Of a DNA stretch of 64,000 nt, positions 54,870 through 63,748 are shown piece by piece. Each line of letters opens with the position of its first letter. Position 1 is the first letter of the stretch. Position numbers and translations under genes: made by a program. The notes beneath the pieces are model-generated. The model was given only the letters and a program-made list of their open reading frames with translations, had not been told where the DNA came from and did no database searches. Location: positions 124,001-188,000 of the IMG/VR virus record IMGVR_UViG_3300029258_003221; one strand, given 5' to 3'.

Positions 54870-54894
54870 TTTTCAACTCCATTTTTCAACTCCA
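54859..54894. repeat. 13-bp tandem repeat (about 2.8 copies) spanning RBS and start codon
   Basis: TTCAACTCCATTT x2 plus TTCAACTCCA. Confidence 0.85.
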
Positions 54895-54898
54895 AAAA

Positions 54899-55080
54899 TG
54901 ACACTGGCAGGACTGGTTACCTGCAATGCTTCTGGTGGACGTAGCTATCGTCATGTATATACCCTCCAGCTCCGCCTGTCATTGACGTTCTGGATTGTGG
55001 GGCAGCGACCCCCTTTGCACCTCCACAAACCTCTTCTCTGGATTTCTCCTCCAAGTGCGTTAGGTTTCCGCCACAGTGTC
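54899..55080 (-). ncRNA. tRNA-like RNA with large insertion replacing the anticodon loop
   Basis: acceptor GACACUG/CAGUGUC-A; U8-G9; D-arm GCG-GAAACCUAA-CGC; T-arm GCAGG-UAACCAGU-CCUGC; about 110-nt insert. Confidence 0.55.
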
Positions 55081-55089
55081 ATGTACGCA

Positions 55090-55305
55090 TTATGTCGAAT
55101 GAACGATTGCGATGCAACCCTCTCCGATCTCCATCACCCCATCATCAAGGGCAATTTCCAATTCATCTTCAGTCACATCAGGATTAACTGAACGGCACCA
55201 CTGTCGAAACAGTGCTTGTGCCACCTGCACGTTTTCCGGGGTGTCCTCATAGGACACAAGTTCATCGATCAAAAAAATTCTCACTGTTCCTACAGTCAAT
55301 AACAT
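55090..55305 (-). CDS. hypothetical protein
   Basis: 71 aa. Confidence 0.55.
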   Translation of the reverse strand: MLLTVGTVRIFLIDELVSYEDTPENVQVAQALFRQWCRSVNPDVTEDELEIALDDGVMEIGEGCIAIVHST

Positions 55306-55386
55306 TGACTGTGCTGATTCGCTTGGCTGTCACTTGATTGTCTCCTGATTCACTTCTTGGATTGAGAGCAATATCCCACAAAACAT

Positions 55387-55794
55387 TCATGAAACGATCT
55401 CCTGAACTCGTCTACCTGAAACAAGGTAGTCTTTCTTGTAGTAACGGACATACTGTCGTCGGTTATGACGAACACGCTGGTCTGCAATTTTGATGAGTGA
55501 TTGCAGTTCGTTGATTCTATCTGAATCAATTTCAAACTCAATATGACAACCACCCATCATCAAACCAGAAGTTGCCTCAACTCGTATGCCATGTTCTTTA
55601 AGAACTTCATCCCGAAACATGGCTTCCAGCATGTTGTCAACTGATTCAGTAGTGGGTGTTCTTGTTTTGGCAATACGATCACCTTGGAATGATGAACCAA
55701 GCTCCGTATACACCACATCCACGTCGGATTCAGGCCAAATCACATGCAGCTTGAAACCGATGTTGCCGAGTGTTGTTTGAACTGGTTTAGTCAT
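55387..55794 (-). CDS. hypothetical protein
   Basis: start moved, ATGA coupling. Confidence 0.65.
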   Translation of the reverse strand: MTKPVQTTLGNIGFKLHVIWPESDVDVVYTELGSSFQGDRIAKTRTPTTESVDNMLEAMFRDEVLKEHGIRVEATSGLMMGGCHIEFEIDSDRINELQSLIKIADQRVRHNRRQYVRYYKKDYLVSGRRVQEIVS

Positions 55795-56381
55795 GCTGCG
55801 AAATCCAATGGGAAGTAGTATCGATGACAAGGATTGCCCCAGTCAAACCTCTGACGAGGGAGTTTGTATTTAGCTTTCAGCTTCCTGAACAACACTTTGT
55901 TGGGCGCTGTCCTCATGTTAGACAGATAAAACTTCATGCCTTTGTTGCGATAGTATTCCGCAGCATAAAGCAACATCTGTTCCGCCAGTCCCTGACGACG
56001 AAATGGCTCATCGACACTGATGAATTCTTCAAAAGGTTTGTCCACGAAAAAATTCTGGAATGAACGAAAGTCATCTTGATGATGTTTGTTCATGTAAGCT
56101 AATGCTTCTTCACGGGACAGTTCCTTCCTGTGGTTAATCCATCCCCAGTATTCCGGCTTTCCACTTTCAAACTTTTCGACAGCACCACACCAGCCATTGA
56201 CCTTATCCAAAAAGCTGACAATTCCAAGAGGATAAAACTTGGGAATGTTCTCGTGAGGAATGTATGAGCACTTCAGATAGGCAATTTCTTCACCTTCATG
56301 GTGAACACTAACCCGATCCACAACCCAACCTCGATTGGGACGTTCTGTATCAAGTTTTATTGAGAAGTCATACATCAACAT
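55791..56381 (-). CDS. GNAT-family acetyltransferase
   Basis: ISVDEPFRRQGLAEQML (motif A R/Q-x-x-G-x-A); ends DFAA. Confidence 0.7.
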   Translation of the reverse strand: MLMYDFSIKLDTERPNRGWVVDRVSVHHEGEEIAYLKCSYIPHENIPKFYPLGIVSFLDKVNGWCGAVEKFESGKPEYWGWINHRKELSREEALAYMNKHHQDDFRSFQNFFVDKPFEEFISVDEPFRRQGLAEQMLLYAAEYYRNKGMKFYLSNMRTAPNKVLFRKLKAKYKLPRQRFDWGNPCHRYYFPLDFAA

Positions 56382-56932
56382 TTCCTCAGTGGAAAAAGTG
56401 AATAATCAACATCAACCCAAGTGATTTCGATATGAGGCACAAAGAACTCAGTTTCATGAGGGAAGATTTTGATCAATTTTCTCCACAGTGCTTGTGCTTC
56501 TGTTGTGGCACTGTGATATGATGTTTTCAGTTTGCCGTACTTTTTCAGTATGGTGCTGTAAGCCTTTGTTCCAATCCCACGACCAATTAGTCGGGTGTCA
56601 TAAATGTCTGAGTGAATAAATCCACCACACACTTCAAACAGACCAACCACGGATCGAAATCCTTTCGGGCATTTACCATCCTGAAACTGAAGCTGGAAAG
56701 ACTCTTCATCTTCATGGTCAAGTTGAACCAACTCTAACCGTTCCATGAAATCGTCCACCAAAGGCTTATACCTCACCTTTGGTGGACGCAATGAAGTGAA
56801 GCGGATTTTTTGACTCTTCAACCATTGACGGCACTCTGCTTTTGTGAAGAAGTACCTTGGTTGATCTTCAGTGACAAACCAGTCTTTGCCTGATTTGTAT
56901 GACCAAAGATGTGATTCTCGAAAAGCCTTCAT
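56375..56932 (-). CDS. GNAT-like protein
   Basis: LIGRGIGTKAY...AQALWRKL. Confidence 0.6.
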   Translation of the reverse strand: MKAFRESHLWSYKSGKDWFVTEDQPRYFFTKAECRQWLKSQKIRFTSLRPPKVRYKPLVDDFMERLELVQLDHEDEESFQLQFQDGKCPKGFRSVVGLFEVCGGFIHSDIYDTRLIGRGIGTKAYSTILKKYGKLKTSYHSATTEAQALWRKLIKIFPHETEFFVPHIEITWVDVDYSLFPLRKC

Positions 56933-56941
56933 GATCCACCT

Positions 56942-57592
56942 TCAACAAAAGTCATTGATGTACTGGCAGATGGTCCATCCTTCAGCGCCTTTCAACGGGA
57001 AGTATTCATCGTAGGCATGAGTTTGCGTTCCGAATCCTTCTTCCCATGTGATGTTGCCGCCATCTTCAATAAACTTTTCAACAGCAGCAACAACCTCTTT
57101 AGGAGGCAGGTCTTCATCGGGCCATCTTATATCGCCCCACGTATTGTGAAATCCCCAAGATTCGCCCTCTGGACTTTTGAGACAAAACCAATCGGAATTG
57201 TCACGCTCCCAGAGATAAGCAGCCTCTTGGTTTACTGCTTCAACCAAATCCCAGAAGTCTTTGGTTGTCGCATTATCATGTAGGGTGTCACCGGGAACTT
57301 CGGCATCCGATCCCTCGACAATTGAGGAAACAGAAACACCCACTATTTCTTGTCCAGCGGCACGCATATCATCAAATGACCCAAGTTTCCCAAGATCATC
57401 GCAGTACAACCATATCGGATCATCTGCTTTCGGTCCATCACTGTAACACGGTCGTGCTGGGTGATCTCCCGGAAGGTTCTTGATCAGAAATCCGATACTT
57501 GGTCCACAGTCTGTGTATTTGTAGACCGTGCGGTAAATGTACCAAAGGTTGTCTGCACCAAATTCTTCAGCTAAATCCTGTACAAGTTTCAT
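56942..57592 (-). CDS. hypothetical protein
   Basis: 216 aa, GGAG RBS. Confidence 0.75.
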   Translation of the reverse strand: MKLVQDLAEEFGADNLWYIYRTVYKYTDCGPSIGFLIKNLPGDHPARPCYSDGPKADDPIWLYCDDLGKLGSFDDMRAAGQEIVGVSVSSIVEGSDAEVPGDTLHDNATTKDFWDLVEAVNQEAAYLWERDNSDWFCLKSPEGESWGFHNTWGDIRWPDEDLPPKEVVAAVEKFIEDGGNITWEEGFGTQTHAYDEYFPLKGAEGWTICQYINDFC

Positions 57593-57885
57593 GTCTTTTC
57601 TCCAATGTTAGGTGTTGAGCCTAACGGTGGAGAACCGCTATTAACATTAGCAGCGACCCACAAACTGTACCGTGGTCCGTCCTTGCAAGCAGAGGGACTG
57701 CAACCATTGATCGGCCTTTATTTGCTCACCGGACTTTGGACTCTTTCGTTCCGATTTCCAGTGAATCCCCACCGATTCGGCAGGGACGGGAAGACTAGCG
57801 AGTGCGAGTGATCATAGTCATGGCATGTCTCCTATGGGTTTGAGTTTGGAAGTTGATCAATATCTGGTTTGTTGTTGGGTGTCGC

Positions 57886-58074
57886 TTATTGCACTTTTCT
57901 GGCAATAGAAACAGCTACTTGTCGATTGGCCTCGGCAAGATTGTTCAATGATTCACTTATTTGCGAACCAGCCACAAGTAATGCTGCCGCTATGATCCTT
58001 GAATCTGATGACGCTATCGAAATTTTTTCAGAGACATGCTGATATGCCTCATCGAAATCATCTTTTTTAATCAC
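57886..58074 (-). CDS. hypothetical protein
   Basis: GTG start with GGAGG RBS. Confidence 0.55.
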   Translation of the reverse strand: MIKKDDFDEAYQHVSEKISIASSDSRIIAAALLVAGSQISESLNNLAEANRQVAVSIARKVQ

Positions 58075-58561
58075 TATCAACCTCCCCTTCGATCTCTGGA
58101 ACACCAACAAGCAACTCCCTGATTTGTTCCTGAGAGACTTTGATGTCAATTACCTTGAAAACCCCTTCCCCTTCCAGCTTTTCCTTTTCTTGTTTTTGCT
58201 TTTCAATGAACCACTCGGGACTTTCTTCATTAGTGTATTCATCAACGACAGCAAGTGCTTCAGGAGCATATTCGCCATCGTATGATTCATTGCGTTGGAA
58301 AAACAGAACGTGGAGTTTCATTGTTGGTTCCTCGTCTTCTTCGATAGGCGTTAGAAACGGGTCTTCTGTGTAAGCATGTTGCTCTCCCTCATCCAACAAT
58401 GCTATCATGCCAACCATAAGAGCATGAAGAGCATGATGCTCTGGCTCCCTTTGTTTCCTAGTGAGTTGATCAAAAACCTCTTTCATTTGCACCAAATGAT
58501 CATGGGCATCATGTTGGGTTTTGACGTACCCCATTGGAGTTTTAAGAAGTCTTGATTTCAC
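58067..58561 (-). CDS. hypothetical protein
   Basis: 164 aa. Confidence 0.7.
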   Translation of the reverse strand: MKSRLLKTPMGYVKTQHDAHDHLVQMKEVFDQLTRKQREPEHHALHALMVGMIALLDEGEQHAYTEDPFLTPIEEDEEPTMKLHVLFFQRNESYDGEYAPEALAVVDEYTNEESPEWFIEKQKQEKEKLEGEGVFKVIDIKVSQEQIRELLVGVPEIEGEVDSD

Positions 58562-58983
58562 ACCATGACTCCACTTGGGATGTATCTGTCACAAACATCA
58601 GAAAGCATTGATGCCCAGCGTGCAGCCTCCATCTCATCTGCACGTTCATTTGCGTTTTGACGTTGCAGGATTTTAAGCTGCACTTCCTCAAGTTCACGTC
58701 TGCGTTCTGAATCCGAAACAGCAAACTTTGATTGATCTCTTGAGATCTCAAGCTGTACACGTTCCTGATCTTCTCTGAGTTGCTGAAGGGTGTCTATTTG
58801 TTTAAGACGCCTTTGAACCAGCTCATTTAACTCAGATTGAATCTGTTGACAGGCATCATGCCAATGTCCTGCCTCACGAACAAGTCGAAGATTTGCTCGA
58901 ATGTATTTGACCTGTGGATAGAAGGTCAAATTTTCAAAAGCTATCCGATCCTGTTCGTCTTCCAGTTCTTCTTCTGTCATCAA
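58558..58983 (-). CDS. coiled-coil hypothetical protein
   Basis: 141 aa. Confidence 0.7.
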   Translation of the reverse strand: MMTEEELEDEQDRIAFENLTFYPQVKYIRANLRLVREAGHWHDACQQIQSELNELVQRRLKQIDTLQQLREDQERVQLEISRDQSKFAVSDSERRRELEEVQLKILQRQNANERADEMEAARWASMLSDVCDRYIPSGVMV

Positions 58984-60119
58984 TCAACTCCATCAACACT
59001 CACGCTACGAAGTGCAGTATTTTTGTGCAAAGCATACCAACCTTCAGGCTTCACGGTTGCATGATCATCGTGTTCCATCCTTGGATCGTGACAATAAATC
59101 GTGCCTTCATGAACCATGCCTTCGCCGAAAAGATAATGCCTGTTCGCATTTTCATCATCAATTGGCATAATGATGCTTTCTTCAAATAGAGCATCGCAAC
59201 CAACTTCAGATGGCAAATTCTTTCTGGAAACAGGAACAAAGAACCATTCACCTTGCCTCAGAACATTTCCTTTACGTGCTTCCGGTGGTTTCAAACACTC
59301 ATAGGCATCTTCAACAGATGTAACTCGCTCAGGCAGAACACAACCGAAGTAAGTCCCTTCGTCCTGACCAATCAAATAAGTTTCGTCATTTTTGTTATTG
59401 TAAAGAACGACTGTTGCTGAACAGTGCCAACAGTGACTAAGCAATGTAAAGCCCTGTTTAGGTGGCTTTAATTTGTATTCTGGCTTACCTGCTTTTAGAT
59501 GTTCCTTGTCAGATTTACGGAGGTCAATTCTCTGATCAGGGATGTATGCAAGAATTGTCAATTCCATTGACCGCAACATCTTAACAACATCTTCAACATG
59601 GGCACCTGTCAGTTCGGAAAGACAACGAAAACTAACAGTGGGCATAGCTTCCAATCCACTGTCTTCGGCAATGGGGTACTTACAGGAATTCTCTTCCATA
59701 GCCCCATCCCAACCTTCTTCTTCAGCGTCCCCATTGAGAACAACAACATGCTTGTGTTTCTTGTTGAATTTATTGACGGGGTATTCTTTGAGCAAAACAG
59801 CACTCGGGACTTGATCAAAAGACAATTCAAAGTCGCCATATTCAAATCCATAGAAAGCCCCATCGTACAATGCAACCAAATAATTGTCAGTAAGGTAAAC
59901 AGGATAAACTGGTCCTTTTTGTTCTCGGTAGGGCCTCATTGCTAAATTGGTTGAAATATCTTCCAGCAGAAATCGCCCAAGATTCGTTCTCTTGTAAAGT
60001 TCCCTTCTCATGTCATCTGTGATATTACGATAAACAAGCATCATCCCTTTATCACTGAGAACAAAAGGGTTTGATGTGAAAATGTCATGTTGTTTTTCGG
60101 CTTTTGTCAGACGTGGCAT
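58980..60119 (-). CDS. RQGE-motif hypothetical phage protein
   Basis: 379 aa; LRQGEWFFVP...RH...HDDH. Confidence 0.8.
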   Translation of the reverse strand: MPRLTKAEKQHDIFTSNPFVLSDKGMMLVYRNITDDMRRELYKRTNLGRFLLEDISTNLAMRPYREQKGPVYPVYLTDNYLVALYDGAFYGFEYGDFELSFDQVPSAVLLKEYPVNKFNKKHKHVVVLNGDAEEEGWDGAMEENSCKYPIAEDSGLEAMPTVSFRCLSELTGAHVEDVVKMLRSMELTILAYIPDQRIDLRKSDKEHLKAGKPEYKLKPPKQGFTLLSHCWHCSATVVLYNNKNDETYLIGQDEGTYFGCVLPERVTSVEDAYECLKPPEARKGNVLRQGEWFFVPVSRKNLPSEVGCDALFEESIIMPIDDENANRHYLFGEGMVHEGTIYCHDPRMEHDDHATVKPEGWYALHKNTALRSVSVDGVD

Positions 60120-60130
60120 GATGAATGTCC

Positions 60131-60856
60131 TTAAAGTTGAATGTTTTTTGAATTTCCAATGAGTTCAAACGGCATAACCACGTTATCCGTCCACCCTTTG
60201 AGTTCACGCTCGGTGTCCAATAACAATTGGTCAAAAGAATAAGCTTCAAACCTCAGAGTTTTTTCTCCTATGAAACTCTGTCCGCTGTTATTTTTTGTGC
60301 ATTTTATAGACGTGCCTCTTCCCCCGCTTCCGGGAAAGATAAGAAGACTGGACTCATAGAAGTCATATCGTTCACCGACCTTTGATTTCCAAAAGACAGT
60401 AACTCCTCTGTCAGTGACATAATCATCAATTCGTTGATCAGGCACAAATTGAACAAACGCATCCGAATAAAAAATGAACCATCCATGTTCAACAAAAATG
60501 TCGAATGAATTTCCTCTGACAATCAAGCTGTCAATGCCTCTGGACTCATCCCCATATTCACCAGTGAGATAATGAGTTTCAATTTTCCCATAGACATCTT
60601 TGTATGCACGACCACCGGCTTTTACATCATCTTCAAGAATGCGTAACGCTTCCTCAAAGTTAATGGATTCCCCATAGTATTTTTCTGATTCTCCCTCTTT
60701 CTCCAAAGAAAGGACACGAAGACCTCCACCAGAGCGGAATCCGTGCAACTTAAAGCCATCAAAGAGAGCGACTTGAATTGATTCACGCTTCGATTGCATC
60801 AAGTTCAAAATCCTCCAGAACGTGTTCATCCACAGCATCAGTGCGGATTTGTCCAT
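60131..60856 (-). CDS. hypothetical protein (start uncertain)
   Basis: 241 aa ORF. Confidence 0.7.
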   Translation of the reverse strand: MDKSALMLWMNTFWRILNLMQSKRESIQVALFDGFKLHGFRSGGGLRVLSLEKEGESEKYYGESINFEEALRILEDDVKAGGRAYKDVYGKIETHYLTGEYGDESRGIDSLIVRGNSFDIFVEHGWFIFYSDAFVQFVPDQRIDDYVTDRGVTVFWKSKVGERYDFYESSLLIFPGSGGRGTSIKCTKNNSGQSFIGEKTLRFEAYSFDQLLLDTERELKGWTDNVVMPFELIGNSKNIQL

Positions 60857-61211
60857 TTGGGAACACGTTCAAAATGTAGAAGGTGTCTTCTTTGTGCAAT
60901 TCTGATTGCATTAGATATGCCACCTGCTTGACTGCATCTTCGTAGGAAAGGTGAGGGTATTCAGTGTCACCATCAATGCCCCACTGCATCAACTCACCAG
61001 AGCCACAGGCAGCAGCAACCCAAAATCCAACCTGACCACAATCAGTCTGGTCAAGACAATCTTCTTCAAGATTGTGAGCAAAGACTTCTTCACAGTGGCC
61101 TTGATCTTCCCTGATCTCAATACAGGGAGCAACTGTACTAAACTGAATGCCTTCGTCAACATCAATGTATGCCAAAAGGTGACCTGTATTGGTGCAAATC
61201 TTGAGTTTCAT
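60783..61211 (-). CDS. hypothetical protein
   Basis: 142 aa, ATGA coupling. Confidence 0.7.
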   Translation of the reverse strand: MKLKICTNTGHLLAYIDVDEGIQFSTVAPCIEIREDQGHCEEVFAHNLEEDCLDQTDCGQVGFWVAAACGSGELMQWGIDGDTEYPHLSYEDAVKQVAYLMQSELHKEDTFYILNVFPNGQIRTDAVDEHVLEDFELDAIEA

Positions 61212-61483
61212 GCTACTGCCTTTTTGGTCAAAAGTTCAGCCACACCATAAGCGTATTTTGAAGTGTAATCAACGTGGCCTGATGAAGTGGTTTCAATGCG
61301 AAACAAATCTTCGACAGATGGGGGTTTCACCCCATTTTGTTCTGCCCATTTAATCGCAGCTTGATGAATGGCGTTTCTTTCATTTTCAATCCATTCATCG
61401 GACTCACATACTGAACGATACTCCTGTTCCGCAACAAGAGCATCGTACAAAGTCCGTGCTGGTTCAAAATGAGGACGGAACAT
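61208..61483 (-). CDS. hypothetical protein
   Basis: start moved. Confidence 0.65.
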   Translation of the reverse strand: MFRPHFEPARTLYDALVAEQEYRSVCESDEWIENERNAIHQAAIKWAEQNGVKPPSVEDLFRIETTSSGHVDYTSKYAYGVAELLTKKAVA

Positions 61484-61493
61484 AGTTTTTCTT

Positions 61494-61868
61494 TCAGGCA
61501 ACTTTGTCGTAAACGGCATCCAAAGCAGTTTCGATAGCCTCTTCGACAACCAGTTTGATATGACCTTCAACGGGTGTCCCCTTTTGTTCAAAAGCATTTA
61601 CTAAAGCAAGAGTGAAACTCTCAATGGTGTTGAGAGCCGTGTTGTATTCAGCACGGGCGATAATTTCATCTTCAGATTCACTTGCTGAAGGATTGTATGC
61701 GTCGTGGGTATATTCAGCTTTTGATCCATCACAACTGTAAAAACAATTTGATGTATCACAATGAGGGCAAACTTCACGATCCAAATCACTGACGATGGAA
61801 CCGCCACCTTCGCCATCAGTGTCAATTGTCAGAGTCATGCCATGGCAGGAAAGGTTAATGATCTTCAT
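61494..61868 (-). CDS. hypothetical protein with CxxC..C..C motif
   Basis: 124 aa, AGGAG RBS. Confidence 0.7.
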   Translation of the reverse strand: MKIINLSCHGMTLTIDTDGEGGGSIVSDLDREVCPHCDTSNCFYSCDGSKAEYTHDAYNPSASESEDEIIARAEYNTALNTIESFTLALVNAFEQKGTPVEGHIKLVVEEAIETALDAVYDKVA

Positions 61869-61919
61869 GTTGTACTCCTTGTGAGAATTAAGTCATCAAG
61901 ATCCATTAAATGGGTGTCT

Positions 61920-62360
61920 TCAAGCGTTGTTCACAATGTCGAGCAGCGGATTCTTCAACGGTTCAATTTCACGAACATCCTTCAGGTAATCCAACCACTC
62001 TGGTCGGTCATGGTTTCGGACATTCAGTTTGTTGTCTACCCATTTGGCAGCATCTTCCAATACCTGTTCTTTTGTGTCTACGAGATTCCATCCGGTGTCA
62101 TGAATGAGACAATTGCTTTTGAAACGCCAACCCCAACAGGTTTTGCGTTCTACGACCTGCGGGACAGAATCCCCAATGGATCGCTTGGGCAACTTAAAGT
62201 CAATTTGACAAACTTCGTCGCCAGCAGCGATGACAATAAATGCTGGTTCAATGTGAATCCCAACTTGACTCTTTCGCTCATCGCTCATGTCAGCATCGAC
62301 ATAACCCCAGCGAACCCATTCACCATGTTTGATCTGGATGTGCCAACCGTCTTCATTCAT
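61920..62360 (-). CDS. hypothetical protein
   Basis: 146 aa. Confidence 0.7.
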   Translation of the reverse strand: MNEDGWHIQIKHGEWVRWGYVDADMSDERKSQVGIHIEPAFIVIAAGDEVCQIDFKLPKRSIGDSVPQVVERKTCWGWRFKSNCLIHDTGWNLVDTKEQVLEDAAKWVDNKLNVRNHDRPEWLDYLKDVREIEPLKNPLLDIVNNA

Positions 62361-62579
62361 GGTTTTTCCACGTTTCCTCGTCGAAAGATTGCATCAACTT
62401 TTTCATCATCGACGAAAGTTTTGGTCACTGAAATGCCACGTTGTTTTCGGTATTCCTGAATGTCAAGAACAGCCTGTCGCCAACGTGGATAAAGTGGATC
62501 GGGGCGGCATAGCCTATCTTGAGCATCGTGCCAATAAACGCTGTTGCATTGGCACAGGCTGAAATGAATGTTCTTCGTT

Positions 62580-62861
62580 TCATGTCACGATTTCCTTAAC
62601 TTGTTCCCAGTTGTATGGGGAGTCGCCAATAAAAATTGTCAATTCATCTTCCTGAATTTGACACAAAAGATTGTCAAGAACGATGTTATTACGACGATCT
62701 TCCATGATCAACCGAAGAACATCAAGATCATCATCTGGAATTGAATCCCAGAGATTTCCATAGGCTGATCCGTAGTCATCGTAAATCCGATAACCAAAGG
62801 AAACATGCCCTGTTCTCACGTCTTCAAATTTAGTTGGCTCAATGCAAAGTCGGTTACTCAT
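62580..62861 (-). CDS. hypothetical protein
   Basis: 93 aa, AGGAG RBS. Confidence 0.7.
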   Translation of the reverse strand: MSNRLCIEPTKFEDVRTGHVSFGYRIYDDYGSAYGNLWDSIPDDDLDVLRLIMEDRRNNIVLDNLLCQIQEDELTIFIGDSPYNWEQVKEIVT

Positions 62862-62877
62862 TCAGATAGCTCCTGAT

Positions 62878-63150
62878 TTAGATTTTAGGCGAACGAGTTG
62901 TTACAGGAACACCTTTGAATTTCTTCTCAGTGTTCTTTGGAAGAATACCTGAAGTGATCAACTGATCTTCAATGTCTTCAAGCATGGAATCTATTTGATC
63001 GTCCATGTCGTTGTAGAAGAGAACACCACTCTCAATAACATCATGATTCAGATTGCCATGAATCTCTTCAATTTGATCTTGCGAGAGATTTAAACCATGT
63101 GCATCAGTGACAATCTGAATATCATCGATTGTAGTTTCCCAAGCTGACAT
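62878..63150 (-). CDS. hypothetical acidic protein
   Basis: 90 aa, AGGAG RBS. Confidence 0.7.
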   Translation of the reverse strand: MSAWETTIDDIQIVTDAHGLNLSQDQIEEIHGNLNHDVIESGVLFYNDMDDQIDSMLEDIEDQLITSGILPKNTEKKFKGVPVTTRSPKI

Positions 63151-63333
63151 AAATTTCTCCTATTCTGATTATCTGATCCCATCAAGCTTTTCTTGAAGAA
63201 TGATTCTTTCTTTTTCGTATTCACCAATAGTCGCTTTATGTGATTGAGTTTTCACAAACAGCAACACAATGATTACAGCCAGCACAAGGATGAACAGGAC
63301 ATTTGATTTCAGCCAATTCCACATTGTTTTCTC

Positions 63334-63597
63334 CTATGCAACTGCGAGTTTTCTTACAAACTCTTCACGGGTGTCCCCAACTGTTTCCCAAAAAGACCGA
63401 CCTTCAAATGAATCAAGTCTTTCTTTGACACTGACGTTCTCAACATCAGACATCTTCAACCAACGACCGACAACATTTGCGTGTTCTTCAGATCGTGTCA
63501 CAACACAAACAAAACGATCATTTGTGATATTGACAGCAACAACTGGAACACAGTTATCCAGCAAACATTTAAGTTTCAGCTCTGCAACCTGTGGCAT
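63334..63597 (-). CDS. hypothetical protein
   Basis: 87 aa. Confidence 0.65.
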   Translation of the reverse strand: MPQVAELKLKCLLDNCVPVVAVNITNDRFVCVVTRSEEHANVVGRWLKMSDVENVSVKERLDSFEGRSFWETVGDTREEFVRKLAVA

Positions 63598-63632
63598 CTT
63601 GCCTTCTTTCAGTTAAAGTTTCCAAAACAAAA

Positions 63633-63747
63633 GGAATAGACAACCGATGGCTTTGTTCTACCCGCTACGGCAGTTTTAACTATCTGGACTAGCCCTTTAG
63701 CATCAGGCACTGCTTACTTCATCCAGTTTTGCACGGTTGCTGATTCC
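63633..63747 (-). ncRNA. candidate pseudoknotted RNA
   Basis: closing stems GGAAU/AUUCC and CAACCG/CGGUUG; inner CUGGAU/GUCCAG with GCAGU/ACUGC pseudoknot. Confidence 0.4.
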
Positions 63748-63748
63748 A

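Noticed and set aside
5105-62562. Numerous + strand ORFs (e.g. 13839-14543, 22234-22899, 45311-45901, 61761-62459)
   Set aside because: They are antisense shadows of well-formed - strand genes that have RBSs and translational coupling.
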